From NCBI GenBank assembly GCA_036172245.1, contig JAYWIR010000013.1, positions 3,596,001 to 3,660,000 of the forward strand: a stretch of DNA of 64,000 nucleotides, in the 5' to 3' direction. A program made the position numbers and the translations under genes. The notes beneath the pieces were generated by a model. The model was not told the origin of the DNA and did not search any database. It worked only from the letters and a program-made list of their open reading frames with translations. How positions within the stretch are numbered: position 1 is the stretch's first letter; each line of letters opens with the position of its first letter. This document shows, piece after piece, positions 49,300-59,400 of the stretch. This DNA is from Raillietiella orientalis (taxonomy: Eukaryota).

Positions 49300-51600
49300 T
49301 TACGCGGAAGTTTTCCGAGATGAATTCGACGGGCTCAAGACCCTGCGCCCCAGTTTCCAAACCCCTCCACCGGAAGAGATCTTTAACGGCTGGCTGGGAA
49401 ACCTTGGAAACATGCGTTCTTTTCCTCTCTCTCTCGTCTTCTTCTTGGAGTTTTCCGGGGAGAGGAGGAAGCGTGCGTATGAAAAAGAACCACCGACGCT
49501 TGTTGCCACTAAGCAGCACAGGGAGGAGGTTCCGGCGTGGTCGTGACCGTCAGCCGTGTCTGTGGAGTGATCTGAGCATCGTTGTCCGTTTCCTGAAAAC
49601 AACGGAACCTGCTTGAACCGAACAACTGTTTGTTCTATCGGCGCCTCTGCAATGGCGTTCAAAAATCTGTTGTTCGACTTGAGCACAACAGAGTCGCTCT
49701 CTCTCCTTCGGATGCTCAAAGAAAGAAAAAACTTACTTTTCCTTAAAGCGATGTGAGGCGCTTTGTTTTTCCGGCAGCAACCAAGTAATAGCCAACAAGG
49801 ATTTGACCTTTGCAGGATGTAGCTGCTGCCGCCGCCACCGGAAGTCGCAGAATGGAGTCTGTAGGTACCGGGATGCACGATGCCGAATTCCCTCCCCCTT
49901 CCCCTCCCCGGATCTTCAGGGCTTCTCAGTCTCCGGGCACTGTCCTGACGCCAAGTCGCTTGGTTTCAAGTGGTTTGGGGCGGAATCGACAAGGCTCGCG
50001 GCGGTCTCATCGCTGATGTATTCAAATGAATAACTTCCTCGGCTGTTTCTCCGTCGTCATCAATCCACGGTCGCTTTCTTTCGTTTTCGAGCCCCGCGTA
50101 GCACGCCGGCGCGCACCTTCCCTCCCCCCCCCCGCTTTGGGTGCACTCAGCTGAACATCTGAGAGAAACTCTGATCCAGCGGCTGCTTGTGCATCTTAGA
50201 GGATCGATGTGATTTTCTTGACTTTCGAGATTCTTATTTTGCTTGGTCTGGGTTGGTTCATTGCACTCGGTACTCGCCGATCCGCTGCATCCAGTTGTGC
50301 TCCCCATCCCTCCATTAGAAGTCGAAGGCTGCGTACAAAAAAGATGTACAAAAAAGTTCATTCATTTCTGCCGATTAGCTCACCTGTTACCAAGGTATCT
50401 CGAGAATTATGTTACCATTTATAATATGGGTATTTTTCAAAGCGAAAGCTCTATGATATTTCCATCCCTGGAGCTCTTCTCACGTGAAGTTGGATACGGA
50501 TGCTGCTTCCCTACTGAAATAAGCTGATGAAACCTTCAAGTGGCCTGAATGTCATCATTCCATTCCAAGCACATCAAAGGCAAACTCAAACATTCAATCA
50601 AATTATCCAAATAAACCTTTCATAAGAAACCAATGCAACGAAAAGTTTTATTCAGCATTTGTTTATTTTGGATAAATTGAAAATTCTCGAGAAAATATCT
50701 ACAATCAGTTTGTTTGCTTTCCAAGAACGAAGCGCTATTTTTCACTTCTCCATAAGTTTGCACTTAGGCGATCTTTGATGCAGGGAAGTGATTGAATTCA
50801 TCTCTATTTCAATTTACCGAAACATCTAAAACTCAATGAGTATTAAGCAAAAAAAAAATATCATGGAAACAGTTTTAAATCATCGAAAATTCTAAAATTT
50901 TGAATTTGAAAACTTCAGAAGTTCCTCAGATGCAAAGCTAATCCGTTTATAACAACCGTTGATTGTTCCCGGAATCATTAAGTCTCGATACTGATTATGA
51001 CTACTTGATGGAGACTCGCAAAGAATGATGACTCCCTCCATTATGCTACGACTGTGTTAGTACCCACCTACAGAGGATATGCCTTGACCCATGCAGACCT
51101 TGGGCAGTGGCTGACAAACGTTTCGTTGCCTCGGCGTGGTGGCAGGAAACCACAGTTTCCATGCCCCGCTGCACTGACATCCTTTTTTGCAGATCGCCCG
51201 ATATTTCGGAAAATCAAGAGTGACAGATGAAGGCGTGAAGAGAGCAGATGCCGACCCATCCAAAATGGATTCCATTTATGCCGAAATACAATAAAAAAAA
51301 CTGAAAGCCGAACGAGCAAACAAAAATGAGTTATGGCGCTACGTGCTTCTTTCTTGTGCATTTGCACATAATCTGCATGAAAACAAATTTTGCAAGCTTG
51401 TAAAGAAATCTTACTTTGTTAGAGCCTTTCTATCAGTCTTTACAAATACTGCATCTGCAGGCGAATCTAAAGCCACTTCATTTCGAAATAAATCGCTGAA
51501 CAGCATGAGTTGTGGCCATGAGGATGTGTGCCCGAAAATTAAGTGTGAATCCAAAGGCAGGTGGGAGCATTCAGGAACTCGATTTGTTACATGCTAACAA
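49300..51600 (-). other. Possible downstream exons (or decayed remains) of the LOTUS-domain gene
   Basis: Exon-like minus-strand segments bounded by splice-like sites: about 51592-51415 (HVTNRVPECSHLPLDSHLIF...KALT, followed by GTAAG), about 50480-50385 (GWKYHRAFALKNTHIINGNIILE, faintly Tudor-like) and about 49880-49590 (NRFLNAIAEAPIEQTVVRFKQVPLF). Stops interrupt some frames and no clean model could be built. Confidence 0.25.
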
Positions 51601-52087
51601 CTGAGAATAATGTGAGGACAGAACTTCAGCTCTTTAGAAACGAGTCTCGACGATTGCATCTCGAGAAAAAAAACTTGGTGATTCCACGAATAAGTTAGTT
51701 GTCATGAATACTTGTAATACTTGACCTATTTGACGAAACGACAACGAATCTGATGCTATAAACAGCTATAAACAAGTAGTTTAAAATGGTAACATTTTAT
51801 TGTGAAATTCCCGTTCTGTTAATCTATCTTCCTGCTCTTTGGCGTCGCAGATATAGATGAGGTATCAAATTCGAAATGTATGTAATGAAATATAGTATTG
51901 CAATATCTCTGTCGCACATATCTTTCTTTGCTTTGCTTATTCACCTTATAATTTTTTTTAGGCTTGAAACTTATTGAAAACTTGGTTAAAGCTTTTGGGC
52001 AGCAGCAGCAGCAGCAGCTGTACAAAGTTCTTACCTTCGGTCATGCCGACAGATGCGCTTTTGAACCAATACATAAAACAAATCCAG

Positions 52088-52495
52088 CTACACTATTTGT
52101 TGTGCCAGGATGCACAACATGACGAAAAATGACAGAGGGATGTTTATTATATCGATTATTATTGAATTTGGAAAAAAAAAAAAAAGGGGTAGGGTGGGGG
52201 GAAATATGCTGTTGAACAACGTGACATATCTCCTACAGGTTGCTTTAACAAGTGATTTAGCTTTCATTGAGAAGATTTGTTTTTTTTTGATAGATGGTTT
52301 GAGTAAAAAAACTCTGGGATTCGGTAGGTTTTTCACAAAGTCCTGCAAGGATTTTGCTCCCCATACTTGGTAATCCTGTAGCTTAGACCGATACGCCCTC
52401 TTCAGTCTCGTGAATGAGACTCCTTGAAATGTGTGGGTCTCGCGTGTAAGATATGAAAGTTTTTTTGCATACACTCTTTTCAAGATGTGCACCAT
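52088..52495 (-). CDS. LOTUS (OST-HTH) domain-like ORF, TDRD5/TDRD7/Tejas-Tapas-like N-terminus; full gene model unresolved
   Basis: GVSFTRLKRAYRSKLQDYQVWGAKSLQDFVKNLP aligns by eye with the TDRD7-type LOTUS pattern GVALPRLQGEYRSLTGD...LGFPTLEAYLRSVP. It is followed by KAKSLVKA, resembling the extended-LOTUS C-terminal helix. The 3' part of the ORF probably runs into an intron. Confidence 0.5.
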   Translation of the reverse strand: MVHILKRVYAKKLSYLTRETHTFQGVSFTRLKRAYRSKLQDYQVWGAKSLQDFVKNLPNPRVFLLKPSIKKKQIFSMKAKSLVKATCRRYVTLFNSIFPPTLPLFFFFPNSIIIDIINIPLSFFVMLCILAQQIV

Positions 52496-53358
52496 TTCAT
52501 CTGTATCAGGGGATTAAGGTAATTTCTGATAGATGCAAGTTTTCAGTATCTCAGGAAAAATGATTTAACTTTGATAAGTTGAATAAATTATTGAGTACAT
52601 GTTGTCTATTTAACAGTCACATTTTGTGTGTTTTTAAGTGCATTCAGCAGTGTAGGACTTGTTTCACGTCGAGACAACAAGGGGAGCACAAACTTGACTC
52701 CCCTGATAAGTATACTGCTGTTGAAAGAGTCAGCATAGAGTGGAATGTGGTTGAAAGACTTTTGCCACTTCCTGAGGTTCCTGATTATCCTAAGAAGGAT
52801 TTTTATCCATCAGACTGGAAGCCGCCTCGAGGTATGTTTATTTTCCACCGGAATTGTTTGTACCTTTTGAGTGATTGTGGTTAGCGATTGTTATAACTGG
52901 TGGTGCTTCGAAGGAGAATCATTGTGAAAGTTTGCACGGATATTTAACCTTTTCTTTGATCCCTTCCCCCCCCCCCAAAAAAAAAAAAACAACAACAACT
53001 TAACTGCGCATATATTTCATTTTCTCTCAATACTTTCAAAGGATCACAAAACCATGCGTATTTCGTGAAGCGTACGAAGAATCATATGCTACCCGTGTAT
53101 CTTGATCTGCAACCCCTGAAGGAGCGCCGTGACACAAAAATCCGATACATTGACGGTGACATTTGGGTAAGATATCAAAGGCATAAAATATGTTAATGTC
53201 ATGTATTATAGTTGATGGCAAAAGAGATAAAAAATTATTTGGAGCAAAAGCATGGTCACAAAGTAATTATGCAGGTCGATGAAATGCTTCAAGTAATTAA
53301 ACTGCAAGGTGACTTTGTAAGAAACGTCCGAGAATGGCTAGAACTCAAGGGTTTTTAA
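52453..53358 (+). CDS. mRpL49: Mitochondrial ribosomal protein L49 (mL49/Img2 family), 4 exons, about 176 aa
   Basis: Exons 52453-52518 (tentative, targeting-peptide-like MKVFLHTLFSRCAPFHLYQGIK), 52639-52831, 53042-53166 and 53212-53358, all GT-AG and in phase. Protein reads EWNVVERLLP...YPSDWKPPR...YFVKRTKNHMLPVY...KIRYIDGDIW...QVDE...KLQGDFVRNVREWLELKGF*, matching the mL49 pattern (YFVRRSRMHNIPVY, IRKVEGDIW, WLLEKGF). Exon 1 is less certain than exons 2-4. Confidence 0.9.
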
Positions 53359-53417
53359 TTAAAATGGAAGGTTTTTCCATTGAATGCGGTTGACATTTAT
53401 TGCCATGTCCAATGTGC

Positions 53418-56400
53418 CTATTGTCTTTGCTCTACCAGTTTCAAGAATAAAAAGCTGGTGAGAATAAATATAGTCCCAGGAAGAGATGATAATAATCGAG
53501 AATGATGTTCTGGAGATAAATCAGATTAGGACTCTTTTTGAGGGAGTAAAACGAAACATACCTGGCATGTCAAGTCTAGGTTGTAGTGATTCCCAGCCTA
53601 AGCTGCGTTCAATAGCTTTGTGCCAGCTCTCAAATATAAGTTCACTTTCTGCAATCAAGCATTGCTTTGTTTTTGATGTTTACAGTTTGCTTACGGAGTT
53701 CTGAAATTGCAGGAAAAAACCTTTCATGTACAAACGTTTTGCCAGTGTTTATGTCTTCCAGTTTCCAAAGAGATATGCCATCTGCATATCCTGCAGCTAT
53801 AGCTGCTCCCAAGGCTGTAATTTCAAGTAAACTTGGTCGAACTTAATGCATTCCTTTGATCATTTTTGTTTGGTAAATGAGGTATTCTTTACCTACTGGT
53901 ATACCAAGTAAATCAGCTTGCCTCTGTAACATGAAACTATTGACAGCCATTCCTCCATCAACCCAGAGCTCTCCTAGTTGCATTTTACTGTCTGTTTTTA
54001 TAACTTCAACTATATCTTTGAGTTGCAGACAAACTGATTCAATAGCTGCACGAACAATATGTTCTTTCTGAGTTGAAGCATGCAATCCACAGATAATTCT
54101 TTGATTTTAATATGGGGAGATGCGTAAACCATTTCTGTTGCTGCTGACACTTACCCACGAGCATCGGTTCTCCAGTAGGGTGCAAATAGTCCAGAAAATG
54201 CAGGAACTATGTACACACCTCCTGTATCAGGAACACTCTTTGCCAGTGCCTCTACTTCAGAGGCGTCGCTAATCAAACGCATGTTGTTTTTTAGCCACTC
54301 TATCAATGTTCCAGCTACTGCTACAGATCCTTCCAGGGCATAAACAGGAGCTGCGTTCTTGCCCATCTGGTAGGCAACAGTGGTTAAAAGGCCATGCGAC
54401 GAAAAAATGATCTAAATCGCATGCTCTATCGCAGATTCCGAATTCGTTTTGGCATTACCTGCCTGCCAGTGTTGCAAATCAGAAAACATCCGGATCCATA
54501 CGTGTTTTTTGCAGTTCCTTCCTGGAAGCAGCAGTGACCAACCAGCGCGGCCTGTTGATCACCTAGGCACTGAATGGAAGCGTCAACTTTCCAAACTTTC
54601 AAGCGCCAACGGCACGCGACAAACTTTTGCATGAAACTCGCACTGTTATTGCACGATAAGAACGCGCAAAAGGAGCATCCTTGTCAGCCTTGCTCTGGAA
54701 AATCCGGGTGCAGGCCCCAAGTCCTCCTGAGGGCACATCACGCAGGAAGGATGCCTGCCCACGCCTCGTTTGAAACAAATCAACGGCTTGCTCGAAATTC
54801 CCGTACGCTTAGCCCACTAACAAACATTGTACCTTGGGGTCAAAGGGCTTTGTCTTTCGTGTTTGAACACACAAAAAGGGATGAAGTGCCTGGGGAACGG
54901 GTTGGGCAAGAACGTGCGCGAATGAGAGTGACATTCGGGACAACATGGTGACACGGGAAAATGATACGTAGCGATGCCTCCGGTGAATCGCACCATCGTT
55001 TCCTGTGTTTCTTCCAGGACACGGCATCAAAACATACTTCCATGTAATTTATGTAGCAGACAGACGAACCCAAGCCGTCTTGGATGGATGCAAGCCCCCC
55101 CCCCCTTCAAAAAAAGAGAGAGAGAGAGAGAATTTCCGTTTCGTTTTGCCTTTTGGGACGTTTCTGCGGCTATTTTCAAGTGGTCAGCAACGCAAAATCG
55201 AAATGGGCGTCGCTCCTCGAAATGGGGTTTCTCGAGAATTCGATTCCTTGCCGCCGTTTCCGGGACCGCCGCGGAAAGAGTCCGAGGTTTCAAAAACGGG
55301 AGCCAACGGTTCCCTTTTCGGAAAAAGTTCGACCGCTGGGATCGACGGACCTTCGGAGGCCGAGTCAAGTCGACGGACAGATCTTCGGAGCAAAGAAGCT
55401 GCAGAGAACGGCTGCCTCGTGCTGACGGAGAAGCATCTGCGCTCCGAACGTGGACGGCTCGGAAGGGCTCGCAAGCAGACGATGCAGTTTACTCGAATGG
55501 CAATTCTTTTTTTTCTTTCTTTCTTAACAAATTGGTGGCCACGTGGCAACGAATCCCTTTTGGACGGGCCTGCGCTGGCATCCAGGCTGCGTGCGTTTGT
55601 GGATTATGAGAAACAACCACGCATAAATCCAGGGAGGGAAAGACGTCCGTGATGCGCCTTAGGCGTTTCCGAGTGGACTCGGAATAATGGTAAGATCCCC
55701 CTACGAAATATTACATCTCTCTCTTTGGTAGTGGGTGCCCGATAATAAACCATAACTCAATCTCGCGACTGAAGCACACAGTTGGGGGGAACCGATCGGG
55801 TAAGCACTTCAAACAGTAGCGAGCCAAAAAATAGGGGACATTCGAAGACGAAACGCTGCCCGGCACGCCACGCATCCGAACGATCCGGGATTTGAGGATG
55901 GACCACGCACGAAATGACCGGGCCCTCTCATAGCACCCGTCCGAATTTCCAAAGTCCTTCCTCTCAGAGAGCGGAGAATGGACGGTTCCGCTGCGGTGGT
56001 GGCACTTTTCTGGAGGAAAACAGACGGCAACGCGGAAACCTCTCAAAGCCCGTGATCACTCACTGTGCCCGTGCACGAGCAAAGGACCCGGGATCTCACC
56101 GGATGCCTCCCTGGCGCTTCCCTCACTTCCGATCTCAGTGGAGCCCGAACGACCAATGGTCATGCACACACCGTGGGGGCACCTCCCTCACGAAACGGAA
56201 ACGGCCCTGCTAAGGCTTTTATCCTGCCCAGTTAGGGCATTGAGGGCGCGAGCAACTGGAAGAGCCCTTTCGCGGCAGCATCGGAGTGTCCTTACTTAAC
56301 AGAAAGGGCCTTCCGATGCTGCCGCCAAGGTGCGCTTTTGCTTGTTCACTGCGGGGCACTTGCCCTGCGGTTCACGAAAGTCTCCGTTTCCACGAAAATC

Positions 56401-59400
56401 AGCTTCTGCAGCATTTGATGCAGGCATACTGGGGGCGATAGGCGCGCGCCACACACTGTCCGATCCCCAGAATCTATTGGCAACACAATCTATTTGAAGA
56501 TGCACGAAAATTTACGCTCGTGATGCATGTCGAGGGACAATTCCCTTCCCTTACTTTTCTCCTACTTTCATCAATTATCCTGTCGTGCACCTTTGCAGAG
56601 AAATATAGCCTTCAAAAGTCGCATTTCCACAGTCTGCAGTTTTTTTGTTCTTTTTCTTTTTCTTTTTTTTTTACCATTCGAGATTGCACGCCTCCTCCAT
56701 ATTGCTACTTTGTCTTGAATCTGTTTTCTTCGGAAGTTTCCCTCCGTTTTCTAAAGAAAGGAGCGACCGCAAGTACGGTATTCTTTCCAAGAAATGTTTA
56801 TTGTATTACAAAAGCTAAGAATTCCATCACTTCGTCTGCGCTCGCGCCAATTCCCTCGTTCAACCCGTCGCATCCAAGCAAACTTAATCTGCTAGAGATA
56901 GGAGATCGCATTTCATCCGAAAAGATGTTCTCCTCCACGCTATACTTGTGGGTCACTTCTTAGAGTGCCTCGGGCACGAACTGGATTCGCGTCCTCAATA
57001 AAAGTCTGAGCATCTGGTGACAAAATACACGTGGACACCCCAGAAACCCTTCTCGTTTCTTCTTCCTTTCCTTTGCTTTCTTGCAAACGCTATGGCGCTC
57101 ACGTCCGCTTCGCGAACTCTTCGGTGGATTTCAAACGGATTCAACTTCAAAGGATCTCAAACTGAACGAAGTTTTTTCCACGACGCTTATTCTGGTCCAA
57201 GGAAAACCTGGCAGGAAGAATAGAATGCCAGGCAACTTCCTTCTACACTCGTGGTGGCTCGTGAACAAAAGGTGTGGTCTGCTCGACTGGGATGCACAGT
57301 TCGCACGGACCCCCCAGTCCTTAAGGGTTCGTGTGACAACACGCAAACACCTCGAAACCGTCCTCACCGTCTGAATTCTGATGCTTGGAGCTGCGGAAAA
57401 AGAGGGAAAAAAAATAAAAATAAAAAACTTGGTTTCGCAACGAATTCCGCCGAGAGTGTGCTCCAAAGCAACCCGGTCAAGAGAATTCCGTTTCCCTTAA
57501 CTTATAGCTCGCAACGATTGGGGGAATTTCGAAAAGTGAGCTTTCCCATCTCCTAGGCAAACACCTTCACCTTGCACGGTAAAAGTCGTAGGGGCAACGC
57601 GTCGAGTCTCGCCCACCCCTGCGGCAACCCCAGGGACGCTCTGAAAGCCCTCTTCGTTGCCGACGCCCTTCGGCCAGCGGCCTCGATAGCAGCCCTGTGC
57701 TGCCTACGCGGGATCGTCACCGCCTGGAGCAAGGCTACGGGAGGACAACGCGACCAGGGTGCCATCCAGCCAGCCTCCCAGTTCCTGAGGAGGGCGTCGC
57801 GATGGCCCCACCTGGATCCAAGCATGCAGCAAGAGCTTGCCGGCATCCTGCAAAGGATGCAACGGCCCCACCAGCTACAGTGATCCCTTCCCGTACCCTC
57901 CCACTTTTTCTTTTCTTTTTGTTTTGTTTTTTTTGTTTTTCCCCCTTCCCCCTGCTGCCGTGGTGGACTGTACCGGTCTGCGAACCGGTGACCCGGCAGG
58001 CTCTGTGTTTCTTCGTGCGTGGCTGGAGCAATGGTCCAGCCACTGCACGTCTTTGTTAAAGTTTATTAATGAAAATAAATGCCCCGGCGAAATCCGGGTG
58101 AAAATCGAGTCTCGCCCACCGACCGCATGCACGGAAACACCAGCAGCAATGATTCAGACACAGTGTGCTTCGTGGTCAGCACGTAGCACTCCTCCTCTGC
58201 CAGGGCACTCCCCTCCCCCTCTCTGGAAAACCCTGGAGAAAGACACCGAATGTGGGGGCGCCGCAATGGAGCCTGCAGGCACGCTGGCACACGTAATCAA
58301 CATTCCGCTGTTGGTGCCACGAAGTTCTTCGGTTTGCTCTGCAGTGACAGATTTGAAATCGATCGCTTTAAGCTTCGGAGACACCATTTTTTTGTGACCA
58401 CCACCTGACAGTTACTCTTTCGATTCCAACCTACCCACTGCCCTTTTGGTGTGCTCGCGTGTTCTTTTCTTATTTTCATAAACACGGATTTTGCTGAAGA
58501 ACAGTCTGACGGCAGATCCATTGCTTAAGATTGGCTGTGAGGCATTCCAGTTCTTTGTTTACTCCAGGGATGCTGAGCGTTCCTCTTTGAGCAGTAGTTA
58601 GTAAGGAATGAATTTTACCATTCGTCATCAAACACCCCCATACACTATTGCTCCTGAAGTGTCGCTCCATCGGCTTCCTCGAATTACTACACAAATGAGT
58701 TCCTTCACCACGCTGCTGCTTGGCAGGTTTCGTGGGGTACGCGAAGACTCATCAATTCGCGTCAACGTCGATGTCGTACGCGAAGCAGCGCGTCAGCTCT
58801 CTCTGATGCAATTCCGGTTCCTATTCATTATTTCGAAGTAACGGTGAGTGAGTGTTGGATACGAAGAAGTAAGCGAGGTCATCTAAAGTGGCAAGGTCTT
58901 TCCAAAGCACTCGGATCTGCAGCCGTAGGTGCAGCAAGGATTTTGTCCGATGCACTGTTTCTCAACAGCCGTCGGGTCTCCGAAACATGGCGGAACCTTT
59001 TCGATAGTGCTGTGTGTTCTGAACGGTCAATGCAGGGAACCGCAGCGTGACCTTCTGCTCGGCCTGACGTAAACAGCGACGAGTTGCTGCTTGGCGCCCG
59101 GAAGCGGAAGACTCGAGCGGCGCACGAAAACCGGAAGGTTCGTCCGCGAAGAGAATGTCCGAAAAATGGGAAAGAAAAAAAAAGAAAAAAAATGGCTTAG
59201 GGATTCATGGCCACTGGCCGCCGCGATCGGCTCCGTGGGTCTCTTTGGGTTTCCCTAAAGCGAAACACTTTTCCGTTCGGCTCCGATTCACAGCGTACTT
59301 ACAAAAGAAAAAAACGATCGAGACGAAATGATCACGTCCATAGTCGGTTGATGGTCAACCAACAAATCGTCCACAAATATGAACGGAGGCATTGCAAACC

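Noticed and set aside
51060..51190. Possible H/ACA snoRNA or Pol III RNA (short stems, ACA before a T run)
   Set aside because: No clear two-hairpin H/ACA layout or family match; it may be an exon of the minus-strand gene. An Infernal/Rfam scan would settle it.
51962..52122. Plus-strand exon-like frame containing (CAG)6 (LKLIENLVKAFGQQQQQQLYK...)
   Set aside because: No upstream exons or family recognised, and it conflicts with minus-strand splice signals.
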